A stretch of 64,000 nucleotides of DNA from Harriotta raleighana (taxonomy: Eukaryota): the NCBI GenBank assembly GCA_050575255.1, contig JBNZDD010013641.1, forward strand, positions 1,160,871 to 1,224,870, given 5' to 3'. Positions 13,446 to 27,769 of the stretch are shown in pieces. Below the pieces are notes generated by a model, which did no database searches, had not been told where the DNA came from, and worked only from the letters and a program-made list of their open reading frames with translations. The position numbers and the translations under genes were made by a program. Numbering within the stretch: the stretch's first letter is position 1; each line of letters starts with the position of its first letter.

Positions 13446-13927
13446 ACGTGACTCACTCTACCACATGAATTTCAGTGCTTTCAAAATGGTGACTGACAAA
13501 TCGATCCCCCCCCACATCCCACCCACAAGAAAAATGAGAGCACATCTGCTCCCGTGGAGCTTGAGTTAAAACAAGAAGAAACTAAAAAAAAACAGCCCAC
13601 GGTTCCTCCTCAAAGCATCCCTCGTTCTCGGTGCAACCGGCTTCAAAGTTGCTGACAGCGAGGACGGAAGTTTAGTTGCCGTGGTTACTAAAACACTCGC
13701 AGTGTCGTGTCTTGGGAAAAGTGCCGGCTGCGTGCTTGGTTAGGCAGGCTGCGTGCTGGCTGCTGAATCCGCTCGATACGAGGAAGGAAAGCAAAAAAAA
13801 CGAGGCTCGGTGGAAAGAGAATGACCCCAATTCACACTGTGTGAGCGGACCCTCGCTCTCGCTCGCTTGCTCCACATCAGCGCCAGGGCCGCTCATCAAA
13901 AATAGCCGCAGGAACGGATAAAAGACT

Positions 13928-13940
13928 TGACCCCTGACCT
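13928..13940 (-). promoter_or_regulatory. Direct-repeat-1 nuclear receptor motif (AGGTCA-G-GGGTCA)
   Basis: TGACCCCTGACCT inside a repeat-free block. Motif match only. Confidence 0.35.
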
Positions 13941-16884
13941 GAATTAGCCGTACCTGTGGCCCTTAAAAATCACCAGCTTGAGCTGAATAAAACATGAATC
14001 AGTCGGTCACCTGTTTCACTTGGAGTAGCATCTCACGCAGCAATGAGCACATGAAAGATTCATGGGTTCAGAGTGTGCACTAATCTGTAGCTGGAGGCAC
14101 AGCCGAACACACTCCCTAATGCTTTTCATGCAAGTTAGGGGGGGGGGGGGGGGGGGCTGACGGGGGGGGACGACAGACAGACTTTTTATTAAAAGGAAGA
14201 GAAAGGAAGCAACATTTATTAGTGCAGCAGTCGCCTGGACATAAAACACCATTAACTGAACCTGTTTAAAAATGAGGCAGTCAGCAAATACCTGCCAGCC
14301 AACCAGCGACTGTTGTTGTCATCGCCTAGAGTGCCTGTGTGAACCATGTTATGTTAATAATTAGTCCACTGCGATGCATTATTAATAGTCTCCTTGCGAG
14401 TGGCACAATGCGCTAATTACAAACATCTTTCTCTGCTGGTTGTGGCAGGACAGTACTCCGCCGAGCGCAGTAGGGCTCAAGCCTGACTGAGATCCTGATT
14501 GTCAGGCAGAGAGGGGGCCCGGGCACATTAACAGAAGGTGGTCAGGCTCAGCAGCACAAGATCAACACAACGGCTTGTGTACGTTGCAATAAGGACAGCA
14601 AGGGCAAAGCGTCCGGCTGAGCGAGCACAGAGTGTTTACGAAAGGGGAATCTCGCGCTGTAATGAATGTCATCAGGGTCACGGCTCTGTCTAGCCCTGAT
14701 GGGATTTTGTCTGTCGTGTGTTTTATTTATTTCAGTTAAAATACATCTGAAGCTCCTGTCACAGACGCCTCCACCTCTGACGGACTGGACGCATGTGAGA
14801 CGTTGGGTGAGGGAAGGCAGAGAGGCGTTAACACGGGCCTTGGTTATGCAGCTGGCAGGGATTGTGTGAAGTGCAACTCAAGGTCAAAGGACTAGAGATT
14901 CTTCCCTCCTGATCATCACCAGGGCACCTGCCGTCTGCCTATTCTCCTGTGGATTTGAATCAGTTGCTACCCTGAGGTCCATGGCACCACTCGAAAGGAG
15001 AATGTTATTTCTCCTGGTGTCTTCGGTGACAATCCGCCATCCAGATAAAACTGGTCACTCACTTTGTTGCTACTTGTGTGGCATCGCTCTGTGCAAATTG
15101 GTTGCAGTGTTTGTCTACAAATACATAGTCACGACATTTTACATCAAAGCTGTGAAGCGCTTTGAGATGTCCTCCTAATGAGTAAGCCGCTGCATCAAAT
15201 GCAAAGGTTATTAATATTATTACTTAGTGGCCACCAGCCAAGTTCTCCCTAGTGCTCACATTCAGGTGTTTGTGGACAGTTGGTCAACACTGTCCTTTCT
15301 CTCTCTCCTTTCCTGTGAGCCCCAGAACTTGTTACAGCTCTTTTCAACGGAAGCTAAGACACCGGGAATGGGCTGGGTTTTACCCTGTGCTGAGCTACAG
15401 CCTCTAGCAATAAGCAATAAGCAAGAACCCAGTTGTTAGTCGATCGCTTTTACGAGGGTATCAATCCCTTAAAAAAAACAAATAATAATAATAATTTGGT
15501 CACTCAATCCACGACTGTTTGTGGGACACTGCTGTGAGCAATTGGCCACAGCGTCTCGCCCACAAAGCATACAGTCAATCTACTTTACATTATGTTCTGC
15601 AAAGTGCTTTGAGACCTTCCGAAGACGTAATAAGGCGCTGTAACAAATGCAAGGATTATTATTATTATTTTTCAGATCAAGGCAGTGACTATGGGGCAAT
15701 GCTCAGCATCACAGCCTCAGAATCCTAGCCATCACAGCGTCGGCAGGAACTGCTTGGAATGACTACCAATGGCAGTGTCAGTGCGGTCCTTTTCTTTAGG
15801 GAGTCTGGTGCAATGGAACACACTGAACCGCTGGAGGTGCAGATTTCACTAAAAATAACTCACTCCCTTTCTCTTCCCGCTGCACTGCTGCGGCTGAGAT
15901 TAATCATTGTCTTCCGTTTCCTTCCCTCAGCGCCTTGGGACGTCCTCCCGACGTGAACAAACATAATTTGTTGCTGTTTTGTTGATGCCTCTGCCCACCA
16001 CCACCCTTCCCGAGGGCATGCCCCTCACCACGCTCCCCCCTCCCCCCAAATAGATATGCTTTAAAGTTTGCACAGTATTTCATCCATTCACTTCGTGGCT
16101 GCTTGTGGGACAGACACACTGCTGTTTGCAAATTGGCTTGCCTGCTTCTCTAACAAAACCCACGGTCACCGCACTTTACAACAGAGCCGTGAAGCTTTTT
16201 GAGCCAGCCTCCCATCGTGAAAGGTGCTGTATAGCAAATGGAAGGATTCTTTAGGATTATTAGGAGTAGCCAGTGAACCCACGACATGCCTGCATATCTC
16301 TTCAGCCAAAGTACCTGTACACCTCCAAACAGGCAGGCGGTAATGAAATTGCACCCAAAGTAGTCCTATGCTTATCCTTTGACCCATGCAGAGTGCAAGG
16401 CTATATATAGCCCCCTGTGACTTCCCACCCATACTGAGCTCTTACAGCTGTTGGCGCGGAGCCGATGTCTAAACCATTACAAGGAACAATTAGTAAATAA
16501 TTTAATGAGAATGGCAACAATCGTCTTGGCACAACTCTGCTAATCCCACCTAAAGCATTTAACATTCTCAGCCACTGAGAGGAACTGCACACAAGATAAC
16601 AGTCGTTCTGTTGGTTCCACTCGAAGAACGGATGGCGGACCCTGTCGATGCAGGAGCGAGATATGTAACTCAGCTAATTTGCACAAGTTAACAATTTGCA
16701 GTAAGTTTTAACACAACCATCCATAAAATCAATTAACCAACTGTTATCTGGGGGCTCTGTGGTTTCTCTTCGCTTTTCGAGTCGTGTGATCTTTAATATC
16801 CACCAGAAAAGGCAGGAGAGGCAGGACCTTATCTGAATGTTTAACCTCTTATCTGAAGGACGTCACCTCTGGCAATGAGGACTA

Positions 16885-17208
16885 ATAATAATATTAATTA
16901 TCCTTGCATTCATTATAGTGTCTTATCATGTTCCGAGACATCTCAAAGTGCTTCACACAATATACAGTATTGTAAATGTCACAGAAACAGCTGTGGGTTT
17001 AGTGACCAAATTATTTTAAAATTTATTCTGAAGGATTTACAACCTCCAGAAAAGCCAATCGACTTACACCCGGGTTCCTACTTACTGCTCGGTAAACAGA
17101 GACGTGTGAAGTAAGGGAACTTGCCTAACGTTTCATCCTGCCCGAGAATTGAACCCATGTCCTCTTGCTTGCAAAGCAAGTGCTCTAACCGCTGAGCTAC
17201 AAGACCCC
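16885..17208 (-). mobile_element. tRNA-derived SINE (long subtype)
   Basis: Family head and tail motifs. Confidence 0.8.
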
Positions 17209-20200
17209 ACCTTAGACCATAAACCTACGTCACTAAGTAAGACCCAAATAGCAAAAGAGTGCAACCAAATAAATTAAGCCAAGTTCACCTATTCTTACAC
17301 AGCATTTAATGAGATTGACGGCTGATGACAAATTTTATGACCATATAAATCAGCAATCCCACACCTACATAAACAAAAAGATGCATACTGTATATGGAGT
17401 GAGAGAGCATGACCGACCAACCATTAATTTAGCATTAATAATAAATAATAATAATCATTGCATTTGAAATAACAGCGCTTTTCACATCTTGACGTCTCAA
17501 AGCACTTCACAGAATATACAGTGGAGTTAATTGACTGTATAATTGTAGGTGAAATGCAGCAGCCAGTTGCACACAGCAGTGTCCCGCAAACATCGTGGAT
17601 TTAACATTTAGTTTGAAATTTGAACCTTTAAGAAATGGGTTCCTGATCCCACGTAAGCAAACTTGAGACCTCCAAACAGGTGGGACCACAGAACGCGTGC
17701 AAGATCCCCATGATGGGACGAGGGAATATAAAATAAACAATAATAATCCTCGCATTTGGTAGTGCATTTGGGACGTCCTCCTGACGTGAAAGGCGCTATA
17801 CAAGTGTAATATTGTTGTTGTTGCCTTATCAGGACATCGAGACGTCTCATAGCCCTTCACAGAATAGTACTGTAAAGTGGATGAACTGCATATTTTTGGG
17901 GCGAATATGGGCAATGAAGAATAATTTATTGGAATGTTTCTTCGCTCTGTGGACCACGAGGCTCGATTTGGCAAGCCCTGTCTTGTGCAGATGGTGGCTC
18001 TGTCAGGCACACTCTTTATCAGATCATGGCCAGACCACTAAACAGAGCAGTATCTGATGGCAGAATATCGACAGGGAGTCATTGCCTCCGACTGCTATAG
18101 GGTCAGATCTGCACCTCAGCTGATCAGAGAACATGATGGATGAGACTGTGGAGCTGCACTCGCTCGCTCTGCCAACACGCTGCAGCCTCCATCGCCTCGG
18201 CCTCTCACAACCAGTTTACAACACCAGCTTCAGATAGTAACAGTAGGACCTGTTCCAACACTCCTGAGATCTCATCCAGAAATCCAGAGCTCGCTTTGCA
18301 AACTGCAGCTCAGATCTGCCCCCAAAACCAGTCTCACTCTCTATCTCTTGACATGAGGTAAGGTGCGTTCCTCCTTGTAAACTCAATGAACCCACAGTTT
18401 CATGTTAATGCGCCATCCACAACATCATCGCACCATCCTTCATATCGATGGCAAGTGTTACTTTGAGTTACACACAGAAAGAAACAGCATAGAAACTGGT
18501 GATATGACCTAAACAGTTAGCAACAGAAAGTAGGCCACTCAGCCCCTCAAACCTGTTCCGCCATTCGATAAGATCATGACTGATCTGCATCTCAAATCTA
18601 GTTATCTACCCTTGCCCATAACCCTTAATACCCTAAACTAACAAATAGGTATCCACCTCTATCTTGATTATGTGAATGGAGAGATTTCAGCTCGCCTTTG
18701 GGTGAAAAACTGCCTCCTGATTGCACTCCTAATTTCTGTTCCCTTCCGTGTTTATAAGCCACAAAAGCCTCCACCCCTCATTGTGGGGAAACCGAAAATA
18801 ATAATCCTCGCATCAAGTCCCCTCAATGCACACGATATGCACCTGAGGAGAAGGGCAGGAATTCCACCTCCAGCCAGGGGCAAGGACCGGGCAGCTGAGC
18901 ATCACGTGTAGAGGGGTAGGGAGTTGTGGATTCAGAAACACAATGACCTCTTCTTTTATAGACACTCGCTTGTGTGTCTAATTGCCAGAATCCACACAGT
19001 CATCCATCTAATGTTCAAGGCAAACCTGGTTTGAGCAAACGCTGACTGGATTTGTCACTCTCTAATAATCTCCCAAATCAGACCGAAGCACATTTCAGCC
19101 ATTTTCAAGTCCAATATCATCTTCCATTTGTCACAAGAAACAACATGTGACGTTGTCAGTAGGAACCCCATGGGATTGGGTAAGAATCCACCAGTAAAAG
19201 TAGACATTCGATTTTTATAGAGTCGAGAACATCCAAACGCACCAAAACTCTTCACAGAAATTGAATAGTCCAATAGTCACCCTGAACAGACTGGCTTTCA
19301 CTTATAAAAATAATAATTATCCTTATATTTGAGATATAAGGATCATCAGGAGTTCATCTCAAAATACTTCACAGGACATACTGTAAAGGTGTTCTGACTA
19401 ACATCTCATCTGAAAGTTGAAGGATGACATCTCCGACAATGACTGTTTGTGGGACAATGCCATGTGCAACTTGACTGCCATGAATGCTTATGAATAAAGT
19501 CCTGAAAATCTAAGAAGCGCCTTGAGATGATTTGACACAATGAGGCGCTATATCAAATGCAAGGACTGTTATAAATTTGTGCTCTTTCAACTGACATTTT
19601 TGCACGCTCACTAAATTCGGAAAGAGGTTCCCGATGAGAAGGCAGCTTATATAATTTCATTATTTATGGATGGCTCCCATGGTAAAGGTTGAACATAAAT
19701 CACTAAAGCAGGCTCTGTGCGGCAGCTAAGCTGCCTCTGAAGGTGGTTGTCTCTGAGAGAATGTAGCGGCACAATAACTCAATAAGATAAACCCAGATGC
19801 TCTTTATTTTACAATGTAAAGATTTTTAAGAAAGGCAATTTGGTCTAGTTCAAGACCAGGGTACAGTAGGCACTGGGTCCACTGAAGCATAAGCAGATGA
19901 TTCTAGATATTGGACAACTATAGTCTAGGTAGTTGGACCAAGATCAGTGACACTGTAGTGTGCCTTTCTGACAATCTATCTAACTGCATTTCGCTCATCC
20001 AAAACTGAAGACCAACCACAAAATATCGCCAACTTTTCCCCTAAATGACATTCCTAGCTATTTGTTAGGTCAGATCATTAAGTGATACGGGTCAAGGGCA
20101 AGTAATTGGACTTGAGGTACAAATCAGCCATGATCTTGTAGAATGGCGGAACAGGCTCGAGGGGCGACATAGCCTACTCCTTTTTTCTACATTTCAAAAT

Positions 20201-21159
20201 GGTTTGCAGGGTGGAAAGAGTTAATTCCATTCAGGACAGTATTCAGGCATAATATAAGCACACACAGCAGAGCTCTGAGGAGGAGCGCTCAGCACAAGCT
20301 GAGTTTAGGCATTGAGGTACAACAGACAAAAGCCATCAGTCTTGCACCATTAAACACGTTTAAGGAGGAGGCAGCCTTGGACAAGGCCACTGTCTGATAG
20401 CCTCCTAGTGTGATGTTTATTTTCGATGGAGCAAGACCAGAGTGACTGTGATTCAGTTTCCAACTAATGGTATTTATTTAAAGAGCTGTGGGTTTTTTTT
20501 TCTGCACTCAATCAGAGGTTCAGGCCTTAGATAATGGCCACAGAGACAGAAAACACATCCACAGTGTCTGAACTCAGGCTACTTTAGTGAGTCGTTCCTA
20601 CAGGGTGTGGTACAACAGCCCCTTGTCCCTCCACACACACACACACAATTACAGTGGGGCAACAGGACACAGGTTTAGGGTAATCCATGGACAAACACCA
20701 GGAAGTACAACAATACTTGTGTATGGGCTGTTTTCGCAGGTCGGGCTTTCAGCCACTACGCCCCGAAATTCTGGAACACTCCCTCAATCCCTCCTCCTTT
20801 GCCCCCTCTCTGTCCTTTTCCATGTCCTGCCTGAAGACCTTCCTCTTGAACCATGCATATGGCCACTATGCCCTCCCACCCACCCACCCCGGCTCGGAGT
20901 TAGGCTGCATCACTGTAAAGGCTCTGTGTGGAGGACACTATATAAATGCTACATAAGGTTGTTGTTGTATAAAATAATCTGATCTGCATTATATAAAGTA
21001 ACAATTTTGTTTATGTTGATGCTACATGCTGTTGCTGGAAGCCTAATGATTCTGCACATGTTATGAGATAACAGCCTATTTTGCAATGGATTAAGAGTGA
21101 GACCAAGAATGTGTTGAAGAGAACATTTTAACTCAATATTTTAAGGCAACCACAATACA

Positions 21160-21500
21160 ATAACAAGAACAACTTGCACTCATATAGCGCCCTCCCCACA
21201 GAGCAGTGTCTCAGAGCACTTAACAGTGGCAGAGACTGACTCCAAGCCGAGGGAGATAAATCCGGTTGAAAAGGAACTTTCCAGGTGGGACTTGAAAGAG
21301 GGGAGAAAGGGATTGAGGGAGAGTGTTCCAGAGTTTCGGGGCGCAATGGCTGAAAGCGTAACTACTGATGGTGGGACGATCAGGAGGCCAATGACAGTTA
21401 AGCAGAGGAGTCAGGGAGTGGATTGGGGAGTGAGGCAAGGTAGGGAGGTGCCAGGAAGTGAATGGATTTGAACACAAGTGTGAGGATCTTGAAGTCGAGG
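21160..21500 (-). mobile_element. L2 LINE 3' fragment
   Basis: AFSHCAPKLWNTLP remnant and tail. Confidence 0.75.
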
Positions 21501-21894
21501 CAGTGAAAGCGGAAGTGCTCGATGGCTCCCCAAAGTGTCGCTTGCAGACAATCGCACTAATAAAAATTTGTTTGCAACATTTAAATACTGGGCTTGTTGC
21601 TCTGGGCCAGCAAGTCATTCAGTTCCTGCCCCATTTCCTCGGTATCTCGCGTAGTTTTTGGACAGCCAGCTGATCATATCTGATGTTGACGTGGCCTTTA
21701 ATGACCTTGAGTTACCACATGACTGGCTGAAAACCAATAGTGATTGATTATGTGAAGGAGCGCCACCTGAATGTGGAAATGCAAGAGAATTCCTTGTGTG
21801 TGTGTTTTTGGGGGAAAATGTGGATTTAATCGAGCTTTTGTGCTAACACTCATAATCTCTGCTGAGTCATGGTGAAAACTCTGCCGCAGTCTTC

Positions 21895-22190
21895 TGCTTA
21901 GCGGTTAGAACACTCGCCTTGCAAGCGAGAGGATTGCCGGGCAAAACATTGGGCGACCTTCTGTACTCCATATGCCTCTGTTGCCCTTCCAAATAAGTAG
22001 GAACCCAGTTGTTAGGTTAGCTTTATCCGGAGGTAATAATTCCTTCAAAAATATATAATAATAATAATTTGGCCACTCAATCCATGACTGTTTGTGGGAC
22101 GCTGCTGTGCCCAATTGGTTGACGCATTTCGCCCGCAAAACATACAGTCACTTCACTCCTACAGTATATTCCGTGAAGTGCTTTGAGAAC
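21895..22190 (+). mobile_element. tRNA-derived SINE (long subtype)
   Basis: Family head and body motifs. Confidence 0.8.
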
Positions 22191-22245
22191 TTGCAAAGAC
22201 AGCAAACAACATAATAGTGAACATCGCAACGTTTAAATGGATATA

Positions 22246-22996
22246 CAGACAGTCCTCAAGTTACGTCAGGGTTAGGTTCCTAAGATGTGGTGTAAGTCGA
22301 ATTTGTATATAAGTCGAGTCACCCCCCTATAAAGCTTACAGTAACATACAGTGATTGGTTGTAGTGTATAGTGAGCTACCCTCTCTCCCCTGCACCCCTC
22401 CTAATATGTACAGTGCTGTAAATAAAATATTACTATATTTACATGGCTTCATTGTGAGTCAGGCACACGACGTAGCGCAACACAGGAGATCACACACGAT
22501 GTAGCGCAACACAGGAGATCACACGCGATGTAGCGCAACGCAGGAGATCACATGCGACATAGCGCAACGCAGGAGATCACACGCGATGTAGCGCAACACA
22601 GGAGATCACACGCGATGTAGCGCAACGCAGATCACATGCGACATAGCGCAACGCAGATCACACGTGACGTAGCGCAACGCAGATCACACGTGACGTAGCG
22701 CAGTCTAAAGGCTGGAGAGTACTGTACCGCCGAGCTCACAGACTCACACAGTACCTGTACAGTACACACTCGCGTCTCGCCTCCATCCTGTTCCTGTCCT
22801 GAACGCGTATCGTGGTCCCGTAAGTGTTGAGAGCGGCGACTCCAGTTTTCTATCGCGCGTGGGGCAACTAAAGTATTTACATAGTAGTGTCGTAACTTCG
22901 AGACTTTGGATGTAACTCGGACGTACTTTTACTGATTTTAAGTGTCGTAACTTCGAATTATCGTACCTCGAAACGTCGTAACTAGAGGACTGCCTG
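22246..22996. mobile_element. Non-autonomous Tc1/mariner (pogo/Tigger-like) MITE
   Basis: TIRs CAGACAGTCCTCAAGTTACG ... CGTAACTAGAGGACTGCCTG, with TA on both sides (22244-22245, 22997-22998). Confidence 0.88.
22464..22702. repeat. CpG-rich minisatellite (~9 copies of a 29/26-bp unit) inside the MITE
   Basis: Unit cacacgcgaYRtagcgcaacRca(gga)gat: five ~29-bp units, three 26-bp units, then a partial unit. Confidence 0.92.
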
Positions 22997-23939
22997 TATG
23001 TTCTCTATGTATCAGCAATGTTATAACCAAACAATGTTGACCGAATCAATGTTAAGTAGGGTCTACCTATAATAATTCCTCAACTTTGATATGATTCACT
23101 TGAAAGCTTTTATGTAGGTGTTCGACCTACAAAATACACAGTCACTACACTTTTACAGTATGATCTGCGAAGCGCTTTGAAACGTTTCAATAACATTATA
23201 AGATGCAGCATCAAATACAAGGATTATTATTTATGATGCCTTATGATTTTGAAATGTTTAAAAGTAATTAAGACTAAAAGTATGTATTTGTAGGCAATTT
23301 TAGCAGCCAATCTGCAGACCACATTAAAATATATTGGTACAGGTTGGAACAATTTTTAAATACTTACATTTGATATACAGCCTCTTAACGTCGGTGAAAT
23401 GTCTCAAAGTGCTCCAAATATTTTACAGCAAAGTGTAGTGACTGTTTACTTGTAGGCTAATAAACCCTCAGCCAATTTACGTAGAAATGCCAGATTCCTA
23501 CCGACTGAGCCAGGCTGACACCGATGTAACCTCTATATCTATGTATGTATATTTGTATATTCTAATATAATGAATTATACTTATATATCAGAGTTAATCT
23601 TTGAGCCCCAGGCACGTAGGGACCAGCTTGTTAAAAATTTCCACAGGAGACTGTTTAAATAAACATAAACCTATCCCATTTCTGAATTGCAAATTTCTCC
23701 AGCACGTGACGGTGGTAGGTTCCAGTCCAATGCTGACTGCATTCAGTTCACTGTAGTTTGTCACTTTCAACAACAACATCCATTGGCTGTATCTTAAACC
23801 CTCAGCGGGCAGCAGGGGAAAGGTGAGCAATCGGCCGCGAGCGACAGCATTTATTTAATCCTTCAGCGAAGCTGTGTGCTTTCCAGGAAGCTTTCATAAT
23901 AATAATAACATTAGCATTTTACTTTCACTTCCTATAGAC

Positions 23940-24233
23940 CAGTGGTTCTCAACCTTTTTCAGCAATGTGCCCCTTGTTCATTTTCAACATTATCGTGTAC
24001 CCCCACCCAACCACACACACACACATCACCCACCTCATTCCACTTGCATTTTATGACCAAGCTTTTCTTATGTAACAAAATAACTAGCATTTACAAAACT
24101 AGGGGCATAATAATTAAACATACAGTTTGGAAGGCTATAAAACGCTAAATAAGAGATAAATAAATCAACCTGTACCCCGTGGAAGTAATTTTTCACCCTC
24201 TGGGATACAAGTACCCCTGGTTGAGAACCGCTG
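23940..24233. mobile_element. hAT (Charlie-like) MITE
   Basis: TIRs CAGTGGTTCTCAACC / GGTTGAGAACCGCTG. The 8-bp TSD CTATAGAC / CTCTAGAC fits the NTCTAGAN Charlie preference. Inserted into a SINE tail. Confidence 0.9.
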
Positions 24234-24731
24234 CTCTAGACGTCTCAAAGTGCTTCACAGGATATACTGTAAAGCGAATTGAATGTATATTTCAGGAACG
24301 ATTCAGATAAGACCTCAAATTTATTGAGCTACCCTCTTTAAAAATCTACCCCATGCCCAGCTGCCCTACCCTACCCCCCCGCCCCCACCACCTCCAAACT
24401 ATGACGGGTAACAAATGAGCCTAACTCTCCTAGGCAACTGCAAGAAAACAAGTTAAAGCCACAACTCGTCCTGACATACCCTGTCTTCCTTCCCCCTCTC
24501 CTCCACCTCTCTCCCCACTCTCCATATTCCCTCTCTTCTCACTCCTTCACCTACTCTTCCTTTCCCCCCAGCCCCCTCTCTCTTCCCTTACCCCTCTCAC
24601 TTCTCCTTTCCCCCCACTCTGCTCCAGGCCTTGGGGCAGACACGGAAACCGACAAGCTGCAGCCACACAGCTCCTCAAAGCACCACCTCATAGACAGAAC
24701 CCTAACAACAACTTGTTTTATAAATGTAATT

Positions 24732-25056
24732 TTGTTGTTGTTATAGCTCAGTGGTTCGAGCTCTCACCTTGCAAGCTAGAGGCCACAACAACAAAATTAC
24801 ATTTATAGAGCGTCTTTCACGTCAAGGAGGATGTCCCAAGGCGATGGGACCTGAGTTATGATTCCTGGCAGTGGAAAACGTTGGGCAAGTTTCCTTACTC
24901 CACACGCCTCTGTTTACACAGTAGAAGTAGGAACATAGTCATTAGTCGATTGGCAGATCGTATTTCCGGGGGTTAATAATGCATTCAAAAGAAAAAAAAT
25001 GTGGTCAATCAATCCAAAACAGTTGTGGGACATTGCTGTGCACAATTGGCTGCTGA
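24732..25056 (+). mobile_element. tRNA-derived SINE with a nested ~60-bp L2 tail (~24786-24847)
   Basis: Head interrupted by acaacaacaaaattacatttatagagcgtctttcacgtc... Confidence 0.75.
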
Positions 25057-25278
25057 TTATTGTAACAGGAAGCACAGGATACTGCTCCGACTCTGTAAAG
25101 CACCCAAGACATTATCCTGTATGGAGAAAGTGTCGCTGATCAGTAACACAAACCGTGACTCCCCCTTCCCTTAAGTCCAAAAGCACTGAGACCAAACGCA
25201 GCAACCCTGAGTGCTGGTATCCACTAACTAATCACAACATGGAGAACTGGAACCTGCTGACCCCCCCCCTCCACATGG

Positions 25279-25867
25279 GCTGTATTAGTGAGTGCCGAGT
25301 TACCACAACAGTTCACAGAGCAGCTCAGGCAACAATGAATCAGCTGCTTCCTAACTGTATGTAGAACAAATGACGTTCCTCGCAATCCAAGCGGGTTTGT
25401 GGATGGCTTTAGCTGTGGTGATTATCGAGGCTTTTCCGACAATCCTTTATTAAAAGAATGGAGCGATGTCAGGAAGTATTGCCACCTCCTCTCCAAAGGC
25501 CACACAAATATCTATAATTAACTCACATTTTGTTGCCTAAACAATGCACGGAATAGGGGAGGGAGACGTGATTAGAGGCTTCAGTCTTTCATCATTCTTA
25601 ACAATAAAACTTTGGCTTCTGCGCTCCTGTAGAATTCTCAGTATCTTCGTTCGCTGACTGTTCAGGAAATATAGGATCGCGCAAAGTGATTCATTTTCTA
25701 GCCAGTGACACTGTTGATAAGGTCAGCCCAGTCGTAGTACACCAGCTATGTCTCTTAGCGACTGCTCATGTGTTCCTCTTTCACCACACTTAGGCAAGTG
25801 ATTAAAGGAACAAAATAGGAGCAATCAATAAAAGGAAAAATACTGCAGATGCTTGAAAATAATGAGT
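25279..25867. repeat. Copy A of a ~590-bp inverted duplication
   Basis: Its reverse complement aligns end to end with 40142-40775, ~93-95% by eye; 25441-25500 is identical. Confidence 0.95.
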
Positions 25868-26613
25868 TGTACAATCAACGACTGTTTGTGGGACACTGCT
25901 GTGTTCAATTGGCAGCCACGTTTCGCCTACAAATAGACAATCAATTCACTTTACAGTATATTCTGCAAAGGGGTTTAAGAAGACATGATAAGGTGCTGTA
26001 TCAAACGCAAGGATTATTATTTTATTAATTATCCAGCATCCCTCACGCAGGGTAGATACCAGAACCCCAAGGCTAGTTAGCCCAACTCCTCCAGGGGGAA
26101 AGATCTTTCTATTTTTTTTAAAAAAGGGTTAAAACTGAACAAGAAAAATCTCCCACAAGCTGTGAAGTTAACAAAGGTGCGGACATTGCAAGTTAGGCCT
26201 TTGATCATCGATTGCGATGTTTTTGCAAATACAGAAAAAACAATTACACAAGAAGCATTTTTTAATTTCCTTCTACGTCCTGTGGTTTGGCAATTGTTTC
26301 AAATGCCCATATTGTCTAACAGATTTAGACCTACCATAACACTGCTCCCTGTGCATCAGATGCACGTCTTACTCCCTCCCTCTCTTTCACTCTCTCTCTG
26401 CTCCTTTTATATTCTGTTACATAGCAACCAGCAGAACAGACATCAGAGCGACACTATTATTAACTTGGAAAAATATTTCACCAGGGCTTGTGATAAAAGG
26501 CCCAGGATAGTAATTACTGGAGAAACAAAATCACAACTTTCTCTTTCTGTTCAAAGTCAAAGTACAAACCTTTTCGTTCACCCTGTCAATCTACCAACAT
26601 AAACCCTAAATCA

Positions 26614-26647
<34 letters not shown>

Positions 26648-26949
26648 CTCTATATAATATATATATATCTCGCCTACAAATGTAAGTTCAACGGTTTGCC
26701 TCATTACAGGAAGAAACGCAGCATTCATTCAGTGCTCTGCAAAGCTTCCCACTACACGCAATGTTTTTGAAGCGTAGAATAATTTAAGAAGCAATTGATA
26801 AGAAAGGTGATGTCGTTGTCTATTTGATATACACTGTCTCCGAGTTCCATTCATCTTCATACGTCTTTTTATTTTAAAACACACTGCGGTCTGTAACCGC
26901 AAGACAAGAGGGAATGAGAGAAACATCAACCTATAGAAAGTGAGATTCT

Positions 26950-27300
26950 GATAACAACAAGAAGCATTTATATAGCGTCCTTTAATCCGGGATAGCGTCT
27001 CAGAACACTTGACGGTGGCAGAGTCTGACTTCGAGCCCAGAGGGCTGAGAGGAAGGTGGGATGGTGACTGCAAGAGCCATCAAAAAGAAAGGTCTTTAGT
27101 CAGGATTTGAAAGTGGGGAGGGATGGAGGGAGGGAGGGAAGGTGGAGGGTTTGAGGGATGCGAGTTCCAGAGTTTCGGCGCATAGCGGCTGAAGGCAGGG
27201 CTGCCAATGGTGGAGTGGAGGGGACGAGGAATAAACAGGAGGCTAGAGCCAGCCGAGCGGAGGCAGCGGGTGGCGGAGTAGGAGTTAAACAGATCGGATA
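26950..27300 (-). mobile_element. L2 LINE 3' fragment
   Basis: LRSAGSSLLFIPR...AFSRYAPKLWNS remnant. Confidence 0.8.
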
Positions 27301-27769
27301 ACACAGACAGTGTGGAAGAGAAACAGAAATAGGTAAACACATACACACACACATTAACACACATACATGCAGGCACGCATGCACACACACACACACACAC
27401 GTAGGCACGCACGCACGTACACGGAAACACAACCTCACTGGCATGAAGAAAATAAACCACATAGAGAAAGAAAAATAATTTACAGACACACCGTGAGAGC
27501 TATAGAGATATGAAAATGAGTGGATAAATTGTGACTAGCTGGGAACCTTGTTCTTTTATCCATGCACATTTGTGCTCATTATATTCTCTTGCTTTCCTCT
27601 CCTGAAGTCACTGAATCCCTCACTGGTTTACAGCACCCAGCGCCAAACAGTATCCTCCAAGGGGGGCTGGGGGTGCGCTCTGCGACGCTATCCCATGTGA
27701 AGAATGTTATACAAATACAAGTTGTTACTGTTGGAAGTGAAGAGAGCAATCCTGGAACTGCTGTGATCA

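Noticed and set aside
13006-13569. Cys/Val- or His/Thr-rich ORFs (also at 45306-45744 and 47360-47904)
   Set aside because: These are translations of (TG)n/(CA)n microsatellites.
22464-22702. CRISPR-like array
   Set aside because: Head-to-tail units with no unique spacers, inside a eukaryotic MITE, with no cas genes.
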